Part shown: piece after piece, positions 1-9,577 of the stretch
Position numbering within the stretch: position 1 is the stretch's first letter
Layout of the letters: the number at the start of each line of letters is the position of its first letter
Source: Theionarchaea archaeon
GTDB taxonomy: Archaea; Methanobacteriota_B; Thermococci; Methanofastidiosales; SZ-28-30
Length of the DNA stretch: 64,000 nucleotides
Direction of reading: 5' to 3'
NCBI GenBank assembly: GCA_018992685.1
Contig: JACVGT010000013.1
Span: 32,001 to 96,000, forward strand
Notes under the pieces: model-generated
Told to the model about the DNA's origin: nothing
What the model saw: the letters and a program-made list of their open reading frames with translations, nothing else
The model's database searches: none
Made by a program: the position numbers and the translations under genes

Positions 1-208
1 TTCTTTTCTTTGGCTTTTTCAACCCAGTCTTCATTTCTCTTTCCTTTTTCTCTCTGGTAATTGATAGTGACACAGCTTGATGGAGAGCAAATAGACCTCA
101 ACTCCAACACTCTTTTGCTTTCTGCCGTGCACGAATTTCCCACGTACGCTTTCAAGGCAGAGAACCTTCCAGAGAAAAGTATTATAACTCATCAGCAGAA
201 CGTCACAC

Positions 209-1000
209 ATGGATACATCTTCTCTCCAGAACCTTGCCACTGCAATCAAGAAATCATCACGAATTGTCTCTCTTACGGGAGCTGGCATCTCTGTCGCTTC
301 TGGCATTCCGGATTTCAGGTCGGAAGGAGGATTGTGGACCCGGTACGATCCTTCTCTGTATGCATCCTATTCAAAGTTCGTTGAAGACCCTTCCTACTTC
401 TGGGAGATGCACATAGAGACCATGCGCCTCATTGACAGAGCCCGGCCCAATCCAGCCCACAGGGCGCTGGCCGATCTGGAAGAATTAGGTCTCCTCAAGG
501 GAGTCATCACTCAGAATATTGACGGACTGCACCAGGATGCAGGAACCAGCACCGTTTACGAGCTCCACGGCACCAATAAGACCAGTTCCTGTATCATTTG
601 CAGAAGACAATATCCCACAAAAGAGATTGCTGACCACATCTTCTCCTTCCAGAAGGAAGATCTCATCAGAAAAATGCGGAGGGGAAATGAAATTCCGGCC
701 TGCGATTGTGGCGGATGGATAAAGCCAGACGTTATCCTGTTCGGCGAGAAAATGTCACATGAGGTTGCTGTCGCTGCGCAAGAGCTTGCGTCTTCCTGTG
801 ACCTTCTCTTGGTAGTGGGAACGAGTCTGCAGGTTCAGCCCGCTGCGTCCCTTCCCTTCGCCACCAAGCACAACGGAGGCGCAATAGCCTTCATCAACAG
901 AGAGCCCACCTTCTTGAACAGAATCGCCGACCACGTATTTCTGGGAAAGGCAGAAGAAATCCTGCCTGAACTAGTCAACATGCTGAATGCCGCTACCTGA
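209..1000 (+). CDS. cobB: Sir2-family NAD-dependent protein deacylase
   Basis: GAGISVASGIPDFR, TQNIDGLH, ELHG, Zn cysteines (CIIC...CDC), GTSL motifs. Confidence 0.93.
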   Translation: MDTSSLQNLATAIKKSSRIVSLTGAGISVASGIPDFRSEGGLWTRYDPSLYASYSKFVEDPSYFWEMHIETMRLIDRARPNPAHRALADLEELGLLKGVITQNIDGLHQDAGTSTVYELHGTNKTSSCIICRRQYPTKEIADHIFSFQKEDLIRKMRRGNEIPACDCGGWIKPDVILFGEKMSHEVAVAAQELASSCDLLLVVGTSLQVQPAASLPFATKHNGGAIAFINREPTFLNRIADHVFLGKAEEILPELVNMLNAAT

Positions 1001-1811
1001 GTGCAGATCTCACCTTTTCCGGGGTCAGAATTCCATACTCTGTGATAAATCCTCTAAAATACTTGAGAGGAGTTCCATCAAAGTAGTAGTTTTTCACTCG
1101 AATGTTCTCATGTTTTTCAACAAGGACTTCATCTGGGTCTCTTTCTTCAATGGTAACATTCCGCCTGGTAAACTTGCTGGTAGAACATGCTACATATGTG
1201 GGGTAACACTTCGCTAGCAATTTTGTGCCAATCTTGTTGATAACATAATCAGGGGTGACTGAGTCCGCACCCACCAAGACAAAATCTGGGTTGAACAGGG
1301 AGGCAGCAGCGTCCACGATGAAAATCACCTCTATGCCTTTGGCAGCTAGCGACTCCGCCAGTAATTTCCCCTCGTAGTTTGGTCTACTCTCTGTGACAAT
1401 CAGGTAAAATGGATTCTCCTTATATGCATGGACTAAGATCTTTTCCACTGTAGAGCTTCTGCTGTGGGCTAACACTGTGGCCCCTTTCCTGATAAGGGAG
1501 CTCCCATGCTGTACGATGATTTCTTCTGCTTTTTTCAGCAATTGAACCCTTTCTCTGGTGGTGGCTCTGACACGTTCCAGTGCTTCCTGCAGAGTTTTCC
1601 CTTCCACAGCTGCATCCAGGACATGAAAAAGCTCGTTTTGAAGAGAAACCATACTCCGGTGAGCATCCGAAATCTTGGAGCACTGTTCTTCAATGAGGCG
1701 GAGGAACTGCTCTCGTGATGTGAACTCTCTTTCAGTGAATCTAAATAAATGGACAAGGGCTTTTTCAGTCAGTACCGCAGCTCCAGATACGTTGTCCTCT
1801 TCAATGCTCAT
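993..1811 (-). CDS. eIF-2B alpha/beta/delta-like (aIF-2B / sugar-phosphate isomerase fold) protein
   Basis: LAHSRSSTV, VTESRP, VGADSV, INKIGT motifs; Ser at the position of the R15P-isomerase catalytic Cys. Confidence 0.82.
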   Translation of the reverse strand: MSIEEDNVSGAAVLTEKALVHLFRFTEREFTSREQFLRLIEEQCSKISDAHRSMVSLQNELFHVLDAAVEGKTLQEALERVRATTRERVQLLKKAEEIIVQHGSSLIRKGATVLAHSRSSTVEKILVHAYKENPFYLIVTESRPNYEGKLLAESLAAKGIEVIFIVDAAASLFNPDFVLVGADSVTPDYVINKIGTKLLAKCYPTYVACSTSKFTRRNVTIEERDPDEVLVEKHENIRVKNYYFDGTPLKYFRGFITEYGILTPEKVRSALR

Positions 1812-1991
1812 GCATAAAGGTTCTTTTCATTGTATAAGAGGGTTTGGTTTCCGTTCATGGAATCGAACTCAGACTCAGTGCGATCCTCTTTCAACGTACA
1901 CGGATACATGGAAAGAGCCCCATGCATCCTGAGAACTGGACCAAATTGCTGATAACAAAACACATATAAACCTGAGCTGACATCGTAGTCC

Positions 1992-2441
1992 ATGGCAGAC
2001 ATTATCGTCAACAGGAAGAGCTTCAAGCAACTTCCCAGAATGACCAGGGACTTCATGAAGCGGGCTTCTTCAGAAATCGATATCATAACCCGCTCTTTTA
2101 CCTGGGCAGATGATGAGACTCTGGAAACCATGTACGCTCTGATAAACAAAGGTGTTAGGATTAACATTGTGGGAAAATATGGAGATGAATCGAAAGAAAT
2201 CATTAAGCAGCTGATAAAGCTTGGTGCCACAGTAAAGCTTCACGAATTCGCTGGTGAAGCCCGTTTCATGATCATTGATGAGAAAGAAGTCGTTTTCGCC
2301 ATCAGAGAACCTCTCACTCCAACAGAACGGCACTATGTTGGTATCTTGATGAAGGATGAATCCACCGCACGAACAGTAAAACAGTACGTTTTTGATGCAA
2401 TATTCAAGGAGGCTGAGGAAGCATCCTATGTTGTCTCTTGA
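1992..2441 (+). CDS. Stand-alone TrmB-type effector / PLD-fold domain protein without HTH
   Basis: GVRINIV...ARFMIIDEKEVVF pattern; TATA-like element upstream; overlaps bshC start. Confidence 0.6.
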   Translation: MADIIVNRKSFKQLPRMTRDFMKRASSEIDIITRSFTWADDETLETMYALINKGVRINIVGKYGDESKEIIKQLIKLGATVKLHEFAGEARFMIIDEKEVVFAIREPLTPTERHYVGILMKDESTARTVKQYVFDAIFKEAEEASYVVS

Positions 2442-3948
2442 TCCTCGCCTTTACCTTTCAGGACTTCCCCTGGATTACTTCACCAACTTTTGCAAAGTTG
2501 CCTCCTATTTCTCTGCAGACTACCATACGATAATGTCAAAGAAAAGTGCTATATCTGATGAGGTTATTTCCTCCATTGAATCTTATAATAGAGAGATAGG
2601 AGCAAGTTCCCTCGTCTTTGAGAATATCGCCCGGTTGCAGGAGAACTCTCCCGTGGTGACCGGACAGCAGCCCTGCTTACTGACAGGACCATTGTTCGTC
2701 GTTTACAAGGCACTGACGGCAGTACTCCTGGCAGAAAAGCATGGGACGGTGCCCATATTCTGGAACGCCTCAGAGGATGATGATGCAGTCGAGGTAAACC
2801 ACATCTGGGTTCACAATACAAAGCTTGAAGAAATCTCCATTTCCCTTGAGTCAGGACCTTTCTTCACTTCAGATATCAGTCCTCAAGAGAAGACCCATGT
2901 AATCACCATGCTCAGAGAGTTGACACCCCCAACCGAGTTCCGCGAACCTGTTCTGGACATGATCAGTGCAAGTTCGGAAAGGTTTTCTCAGATGTTCTCT
3001 CAGCTCCTATCGACTTTGTGCAGCGAGTACGGACTTATCATGGTGGAACCACATCTTTTCTATGAACATGCTATTCCTCTCTATGAACAACTGATCACTC
3101 ATCCCTTGAGAGCCACAGCACTGGTGAATGAAGCGGGCAACCACCTTGAAGACATGGGATATAAAAGACAGGTGCACAAGCCAGCAGAGATGTGCAGTTT
3201 CTTCATTCTTGAACGTGGACACCGACATTCAGTAACCTTTGATGGAGTATTCCATGTGGAAGATGAATCGTTCACGACTCCAGAAATGCTGGCCTACCTA
3301 TATGATCATCCAGGACAGGTTATTTCGTCAGTGATCTCCAGGCCGCTCGTCCAGGACTTCCTCTTATCAACGGCGGCGTACTGTGCTGGACCAGGCGAGG
3401 TATCATATTTCGCCCAGATGAAACGCGTGTACGAGTTCTTCAAGGTCAAAGAACCTGCCATCGTGCCCAGGCTTGGAGCAACTCTCATGGAGCCCAAGGT
3501 GCGCAAAGTGCTGGAAAAGTACGCATTAGAGGTTTCTGAACTTAGAGAGCCGGAAAAGGTATTGAAATCAATAGTAAAGGAGAATATCGAAGAATTCTTT
3601 GATGTACAGAAGAAAGAGGTTTTTCAGATCATGGGAGGTATCCAGGAGTACATCACACAGGTAGACGAGAGTCTGAAAAGAACTGGGGCAGCCATGACAA
3701 ATCACATTCTGCAGGACCTCAAGAGGTTGGAAGACAAGACAGCCTCTGCTCTCAAGAAAAAAAACGAAATTGTACTGCAGCAGATAATGAAAGCCTCTTC
3801 CAACACATTTCCCAATAATGCTCTCCAGGAAAGGATGCTCAACATATTCCAGTATATAATCCGGTATGACACTGTCGTAGAAGCAATATACGAATCATTC
3901 CGTCACGCGGTTCCAGGAGAACACCTCATACTCCCCCTTGGTGATTGA
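2428..3948 (+). CDS. bshC: Bacillithiol cysteine-adding enzyme BshC
   Basis: VVTGQQ..L.TGPL..VYKA, PIFW.ASEDDD, SRPLVQD, GPGEVSYFAQ, LQER motifs; coiled-coil region; start re-assigned to ATG 2428. Confidence 0.9.
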   Translation: MLSLDPRLYLSGLPLDYFTNFCKVASYFSADYHTIMSKKSAISDEVISSIESYNREIGASSLVFENIARLQENSPVVTGQQPCLLTGPLFVVYKALTAVLLAEKHGTVPIFWNASEDDDAVEVNHIWVHNTKLEEISISLESGPFFTSDISPQEKTHVITMLRELTPPTEFREPVLDMISASSERFSQMFSQLLSTLCSEYGLIMVEPHLFYEHAIPLYEQLITHPLRATALVNEAGNHLEDMGYKRQVHKPAEMCSFFILERGHRHSVTFDGVFHVEDESFTTPEMLAYLYDHPGQVISSVISRPLVQDFLLSTAAYCAGPGEVSYFAQMKRVYEFFKVKEPAIVPRLGATLMEPKVRKVLEKYALEVSELREPEKVLKSIVKENIEEFFDVQKKEVFQIMGGIQEYITQVDESLKRTGAAMTNHILQDLKRLEDKTASALKKKNEIVLQQIMKASSNTFPNNALQERMLNIFQYIIRYDTVVEAIYESFRHAVPGEHLILPLGD

Positions 3949-4611
3949 ATGGATGTCCTTGCATTTTCACCTCATCCCGATGATGCCGAATTGGGAACTG
4001 GCGGCTTCCTCTTAGAGATGCGAAAAAAAGGGTATACCACAGGAATTGTGGATCTAACAGCTGGAGAACTGAGCAGCGCTGCCACTGCTGAAATCAGGGC
4101 GGCAGAATCAGAGGAAGCTTCTCGCCTTCTGGATCTAGAAGTCAGGGAAACCATGAACTTCAGAGACGGCAGCCTTACAGATTCATTTGACTCCCGGTTA
4201 CAGGTGGCAGAAATCATCAGAAGGTATAAGCCCCGGGTTGTGTTGGCGCCATACCACGAAGACCGTCATCCTGACCATGTGGCCTGTTCTCTCACGGTAA
4301 AGTCTGCTGTCCTCTATGCACGCCTCAAGAAACTCGGAGAACCACATTACCTCACCCACCTCTACTATTACATGCTGAATACTCCTTTTGCACCAACCTT
4401 CATCATGGATATATCTCATTCCTTCGAAAAGAAGATGGAAGTCCTTTCATGTTATAGATCTCAATTCGGGGCAGAGATTCCCCTTCTCAAAGACTACATA
4501 CCGCACGCACGGACAAAGGCCTCCTACTATGGATCATTGGTCTCTGTGGCATATGGTGAACCCTTTGGGATAGAAGGATTTTTAAAAGTAAGTGACCCTG
4601 TTAATCCATGA
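3949..4611 (+). CDS. bshB1: GlcNAc-malate deacetylase BshB1 (PIG-L family)
   Basis: SPHPDDAELG, DLTAGE, DRHPDH, YRSQF motifs; between bshC and bshA. Confidence 0.88.
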   Translation: MDVLAFSPHPDDAELGTGGFLLEMRKKGYTTGIVDLTAGELSSAATAEIRAAESEEASRLLDLEVRETMNFRDGSLTDSFDSRLQVAEIIRRYKPRVVLAPYHEDRHPDHVACSLTVKSAVLYARLKKLGEPHYLTHLYYYMLNTPFAPTFIMDISHSFEKKMEVLSCYRSQFGAEIPLLKDYIPHARTKASYYGSLVSVAYGEPFGIEGFLKVSDPVNP

Positions 4612-5687
4612 GAATTGGGATCACCTGTTACCCCACCTTTGGAGGGAGTGGCGTGCTGGCCTCAGAACTTGGCCGTCAGCTCTCCAAGACCCATGACGTG
4701 CATTTCATCTGCTATGCACGGCCCTTCCGTCTAGAAGGGACAGATATCCCTTTTCACAAAGTCGATGTTCTGGCATATCCCCTCTTTAAATTTCCCCCAT
4801 ATACGCTGGCGCTGGCCTCTAAAATGCTGGAAGTGGTCCAGGAAGAAACCCTGGATATCCTCCACGTTCATTATGCAGTTCCCCATTCCACATCTGCATA
4901 CTTGGCCAAGAAGCTACTCAAAGACTCCATCAAGGTCGTGACCACGCTGCATGGGACCGATGTCCAGCTCGTGGGACTAGATCCTTCGTACTACAGTATA
5001 ACGAAGTTCTCTATTGAACAGGCAGATGGTGTTTCTGCAGTCTCAGAATCTCTGAAGAATTCCACCAAGGAGAGATTCAACATTGAAAAGGATATTCAGG
5101 TCATTTACAACTTTGTGGATCCTGCTCGATACTGGACGGAGGACCATGAGAAAAAGGTAGTCACTCACATGTCCAATTTCAGGCATATTAAGAGAATTCC
5201 CGATGTTATTGATGCATTCTGTAAAATCTCGTCTTTGGTACCTGCAAACCTGTACCTGGTGGGTGATGGGCCAGACCTGCCGTTAGCTGAAGAAATGGTT
5301 AAGAAATGCAAGATACAAGACAAGACAACGTTTTTTGGAAATGTCTGCTCCATAGAGGAAATACTGGCCAGGACTGACATATTCCTTCTGCCCAGTGGAC
5401 AGGAGAGTTTCGGACTCGCAGCTCTTGAAGCTATGGCTTCCTCTGTGCCTGTGATAGCCACTAATGTAGGAGGACTACCTGAGTTTATCGATCATGGAGA
5501 AAATGGGTTCTTGTGCCCCTTGGGAGATACACAAGCCATGGCAGAATATGCAGTTGAGCTGCTCCGGGATGAAAACTATCGAAAGGAAGTTGGCAAGAAA
5601 GCCAGAAGAAAAGTCGAAAAATGGTTTACTCCTGAGATTATTGTACCCCAATATGAAGCTTTCTATGAATCAGTGTTAACAGCGTAA
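4608..5687 (+). CDS. bshA: GlcNAc-malate synthase BshA (GT4 glycosyltransferase)
   Basis: IGITCYPTFGGSG, HVHYAVPH, TTLHGTD, SNFR.IKR, ESFGLAALEAM motifs; ATGA-type overlap with bshB1. Confidence 0.93.
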   Translation: MRIGITCYPTFGGSGVLASELGRQLSKTHDVHFICYARPFRLEGTDIPFHKVDVLAYPLFKFPPYTLALASKMLEVVQEETLDILHVHYAVPHSTSAYLAKKLLKDSIKVVTTLHGTDVQLVGLDPSYYSITKFSIEQADGVSAVSESLKNSTKERFNIEKDIQVIYNFVDPARYWTEDHEKKVVTHMSNFRHIKRIPDVIDAFCKISSLVPANLYLVGDGPDLPLAEEMVKKCKIQDKTTFFGNVCSIEEILARTDIFLLPSGQESFGLAALEAMASSVPVIATNVGGLPEFIDHGENGFLCPLGDTQAMAEYAVELLRDENYRKEVGKKARRKVEKWFTPEIIVPQYEAFYESVLTA

Positions 5688-5770
5688 CAGTGATAGGAGA
5701 GATTTATATCCTCCTTCGAAGATAATATGCCAGCCATACCACAAAAATAGGGTAAAAAAAGGGAAAAGGA

Positions 5771-6682
5771 TTAGATTTCTACCTGCAGCCCCAGTTCATC
5801 CTGGAGCTCTTTGTATCTATTGCGGATGGTGACCTCAGTGACATTAGCCACATCTGAGACTTCCCGCTGTGTTTTTCTCTCGTCCTCCAAGATAGAAGCT
5901 ATGTAGAGCGAAGCGGCCGCGATGCCCTTAGGACTCCTACCAGAGAGTAGTTCTCTGTCGATTGCCTCTTTCAGTATTTCTGAAGCCTTCCTCTGGACTG
6001 CAGGGGATACTCCCAGTTGAGAGGCGAATCGAGGTAGGTAATCCATAGGATTAGTGGGAGGTAAATTGAAGCCCAGTTCCCGCATAATATAGCGGTAATC
6101 CTTGGCAATCTCCTTTTTTTCCACTCTGGCGTGTTCACTTATTTCATCCAGTGTCCGCGGCACTCTGCACTGGCGGCATGCAGCATAGAGGCAGGCAGAT
6201 GCCATCCCCTCTATGGATCTCCCTCTAATCAAATCTTCTTCCAGACACCGCCTGTACAGCACTGCTGCTGCTTCCCGAATATTCTTGGGTAATTTCAGAT
6301 GAGAGGACAGGCGCACAATCTCAGTCAGGGCAAAAGCCAAATTGCGAGCAGCTGAAGAGGAAACCTTCATCCTGCTCTGCCATTTGCGCATCCTGTAGAC
6401 CTGTGCCCTGCGCCTTGGAGAAAGGTCTCTGCCATGAACATCCTTGTTTCTCCAATCAATCTCTGTGGAAAGGCCCTTATCATGGATCATATATGTCATG
6501 GGGGCACCCGTGCGCTCCCTTTCATCTCTTTGCTCAGAGTCAAAAGCTCTCCATTCAGGACCCATATCGAGAATCCCTTCCTCGATCACCAACCCACAAT
6601 TGCTACACACTATCTCTGCCCTATCATAGTCCTGAACAAGGCCTTTGCTCTTGCATTCAGGACATATTTTGTCACGTAACAT
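5771..6682 (-). CDS. tfb: Transcription initiation factor IIB (TFB)
   Basis: CPEC...CSNCG Zn ribbon, GPEWRAF B-reader, two cyclin repeats, [12 protein letters not shown]. Confidence 0.97.
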   Translation of the reverse strand: MLRDKICPECKSKGLVQDYDRAEIVCSNCGLVIEEGILDMGPEWRAFDSEQRDERERTGAPMTYMIHDKGLSTEIDWRNKDVHGRDLSPRRRAQVYRMRKWQSRMKVSSSAARNLAFALTEIVRLSSHLKLPKNIREAAAVLYRRCLEEDLIRGRSIEGMASACLYAACRQCRVPRTLDEISEHARVEKKEIAKDYRYIMRELGFNLPPTNPMDYLPRFASQLGVSPAVQRKASEILKEAIDRELLSGRSPKGIAAASLYIASILEDERKTQREVSDVANVTEVTIRNRYKELQDELGLQVEI

Positions 6683-6903
6683 AACGTCACCTAATAATAT
6701 GGGTTAATCTGTGTCAATGTACACTACCTATTAGAATTCAATGTGTCCCGGGAACCCATTCCACTTCTCATGTTCTGACATATATTATAGTGAAAACTAT
6801 ATAAAGCTTTCGGTTGCCGGTGCTATCGCTGTACCGAAAGTGGAAGGTATTCCATCTTTTATCTCTCTTTTTTCCTCCTCGACACTTCTCGAGGAAAGTC
6901 AGA

Positions 6904-8217
6904 TCAGACACTATCTTCCAAAAGCTTCTTCATCAGCTCCAGCTTCTTCTCTTTGGCAAATCGGAGTTTATTCATCTTCTTTAACTCTACCTGTCGGGTG
7001 AACAGCATGGTGTCAGGTTCCAGGTTCTCGTCCACCATGACATGAGACCCCACGATAGAATTGGGACCGATCCTCATCCCAGGCAAGATGGAAGCATTGA
7101 TGCCAGTCTTGCAGTTCTCCCCCATGACGCACCCGAACTTGTCCATCCCCGTTTCCACAGACTGCGCATTGATTTTCACCTTCACCTGCTTTTCATCAAA
7201 GCGGAAGTTGGCAGTGACTGTCCCCGACCCAAAAGAGCATCCATCGAGGATGATGGAGTCACCCACATAATTGGTGTGAAACCAGCAGTCGGCTCCGATG
7301 TAACAATTCTTTACCTCTGTAGAGAACCCAACCACTGTCCGTGCTCCGATATGAGAATAATCTCTCACCAGAGAGTTGTTCCCAATGATGCACCCTGGAC
7401 CCAGATACGCAGGCCCATGGACAGTGGCATACTCAAAGACTCTCACATCTTCTTCAATTATGACCTTGCCTTTTATGGTAGCTTTTTCAGAAATCTCCGC
7501 AGACTCTGCAACCCGGGGCAGTGCTGTGTCCATGAAATAACGTGTGGCTGCAAAGATGTGCCAGGGATACTTGACAGCAGTCCAGAACCCGTCATACATC
7601 ACGGGTGAAAACACAAATCCTTCCTTTATCATGGAAGTGAGGGCTTTCTCATACACGTCATCACGAGAACTTTCTGTCTTTTCCAGGAATTTCAACAGGG
7701 TATCGGCATCCCTGTGGTAGTGCACCACAAGGTTTACCAGATCGGAGGGTTCATTCCCCGCTCCGGGTTTTTCCATGATACCCTTGACTTTTCCTTGGTC
7801 AACTATGAGATACCCGCCCGGGAAGTATTTCTGCACCTTGTATCCAAGAATGCACGCATCACTCTCGCCTTCACGTGCAGCGAACATATTGTGGTACGCA
7901 GAAGATTCAAACAGGTCATTGGGGTTTACCACCAAGATTTCATCGCCTGAGATGACCTCTCTTGCAGCAAGGAGCGCATCTGCCATCCCTAGAGGATGTT
8001 TCTGCACCACGTAAGCATGAGCATTGCCAGCCACTTCTTTGATATCTGAAATATTCTCGGGGTTGGAGACGATGACAAAATCATTCACGCCTGCTCTCTG
8101 AGCCAGCTCGATTTGATGTAAGATGAGTTCTTTGCCCAGAAACTTTAGCAGACATTTCTCCTTTACAATAGGGAACATTCGTTTCCCCACGCCGCCTGCA
8201 AGGAAGACAATCTTCAT
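6904..8217 (-). CDS. glmU: Bifunctional sugar-1-phosphate nucleotidyltransferase/acetyltransferase (archaeal GlmU-like)
   Basis: LAGGVGKRM, EKP, hexapeptide LbH repeats, YVGDS...GTVTAN. Confidence 0.8.
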   Translation of the reverse strand: MKIVFLAGGVGKRMFPIVKEKCLLKFLGKELILHQIELAQRAGVNDFVIVSNPENISDIKEVAGNAHAYVVQKHPLGMADALLAAREVISGDEILVVNPNDLFESSAYHNMFAAREGESDACILGYKVQKYFPGGYLIVDQGKVKGIMEKPGAGNEPSDLVNLVVHYHRDADTLLKFLEKTESSRDDVYEKALTSMIKEGFVFSPVMYDGFWTAVKYPWHIFAATRYFMDTALPRVAESAEISEKATIKGKVIIEEDVRVFEYATVHGPAYLGPGCIIGNNSLVRDYSHIGARTVVGFSTEVKNCYIGADCWFHTNYVGDSIILDGCSFGSGTVTANFRFDEKQVKVKINAQSVETGMDKFGCVMGENCKTGINASILPGMRIGPNSIVGSHVMVDENLEPDTMLFTRQVELKKMNKLRFAKEKKLELMKKLLEDSV

Positions 8218-9569
8218 GGATCCACCTTCTCGAGAGCTTTTTCTACTATTTGGTTTCCTTCATTCAAAAAGGTTTCCATAGCAGATAGAGATTCAGACTC
8301 ACAGAGTACCCGTATCACAGGTTCAGTCCCACTTGGTCTGATCAATAGCCAGGAATCAGTAAATTCAAGGCGAATACCGTCCAGCAAGCTGACGTTCTCA
8401 GGAGACAACTGGGACAGGGAAGATTGAACCTCACTCATGAGCTGTTCTTTCCTGTTGTTGGGGCAGCGGATGCTCGATTTCGCAAAGTACATGGTGGGCA
8501 ACGAGGCAATAAACTGGTGGATTTGATGAGGATGGTCGATGTGCTCAAGCAGGAGAAGTGCAGCATACAGAGAATCAGGATGCATGCCTATTTCGGGCAA
8601 GACGTATACACCAACTTGTTCTACTCCAATGCAGGCATGTTTTTCTTTCAGAAGCTGTGCAACGTGAACATCCCCTACTTTCCCACGTTCCACTGTCCCC
8701 CCTGCCTTTCCTACAGCGCAGTCCAGAAGCCGCCCTGTTTCCACTGTGGTGGCCACCACCTTTCTGGAGGACTCCTTCACCACCAAATATGAAATGAAGG
8801 CAATCATCTCGTTGTATCCCAGGAATCCCCGGTCATCGCAAAATACTACCCTGTCAGCGTCCCCGTCGAAGCAAACAGCAAGATCAGCTTTTTTGTCCTT
8901 GAGGTATTGCACGGTCTGCTTCAGGGTGTCTTCCTTGGGCTCCGAAGGTCGAGAGGGAAACCTACCATCAGGGACATCATTTATTGGCAATACAGAGATG
9001 CCCATCTCCTCAAATAACTGGGAGGCGATTCCGGAAGCAGCTCCATTTCCGGGATCAACTACTACCTTTAGCTGAGTATCAACTGAGATCTTATCCTTCA
9101 CTGCTTCAAAATAGTGAGTGTGGGCATTCTCCTGTTTTGTCATGTGCCCCAGACTGCTCCAGGGCGCTGTTCTAAATGCTTTATCGAAATAAATCCTTTC
9201 GATGTACTGTTCCTGTTCGACAGAATAGCCAATCGTTGAGGGATTCCATAATTTGACCCCGTTGAACTCAGGGGGATTATGGGAAGCAGTGATCATCATG
9301 CCGGAAGCCATTTCCAATTCCCTGGTCAGAAAAGCCAGACATGGGGTGGGAAGTATCCCGAAATCCACCACATTCACGCCTGCAGAGAGAACTCCCGCGG
9401 TCAGACTGCTCTTGATCATATCCCGTGACAGCCGCGGATCAGTCGCCACACAAACCTGGGAATCTGGAGGTAGCGAGGAGCCCACAGCCTTTCCAAGGTT
9501 CAACGTACTCTCGGTGGTGATCTCTTCATTGACTACTCCCCGAACTCCACTGGTTCCGAATAACCTCAT
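8214..9569 (-). CDS. glmM: Phosphoglucosamine mutase / phosphohexomutase
   Basis: LFGTSGVRG, TASHNP, DGDADR, RPSGTEP motifs; overlaps glmU. Confidence 0.82.
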   Translation of the reverse strand: MRLFGTSGVRGVVNEEITTESTLNLGKAVGSSLPPDSQVCVATDPRLSRDMIKSSLTAGVLSAGVNVVDFGILPTPCLAFLTRELEMASGMMITASHNPPEFNGVKLWNPSTIGYSVEQEQYIERIYFDKAFRTAPWSSLGHMTKQENAHTHYFEAVKDKISVDTQLKVVVDPGNGAASGIASQLFEEMGISVLPINDVPDGRFPSRPSEPKEDTLKQTVQYLKDKKADLAVCFDGDADRVVFCDDRGFLGYNEMIAFISYLVVKESSRKVVATTVETGRLLDCAVGKAGGTVERGKVGDVHVAQLLKEKHACIGVEQVGVYVLPEIGMHPDSLYAALLLLEHIDHPHQIHQFIASLPTMYFAKSSIRCPNNRKEQLMSEVQSSLSQLSPENVSLLDGIRLEFTDSWLLIRPSGTEPVIRVLCESESLSAMETFLNEGNQIVEKALEKVDP

Positions 9570-9577
9570 TATACCAC

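Noticed and set aside
1-200. Partial gene at the window edge
   Set aside because: No recognisable motifs, so a frame cannot be assigned.
5703-5750. TATA plus 7-codon ORF facing the tfb 3' end
   Set aside because: Too little evidence; could be chance or a deletion scar.
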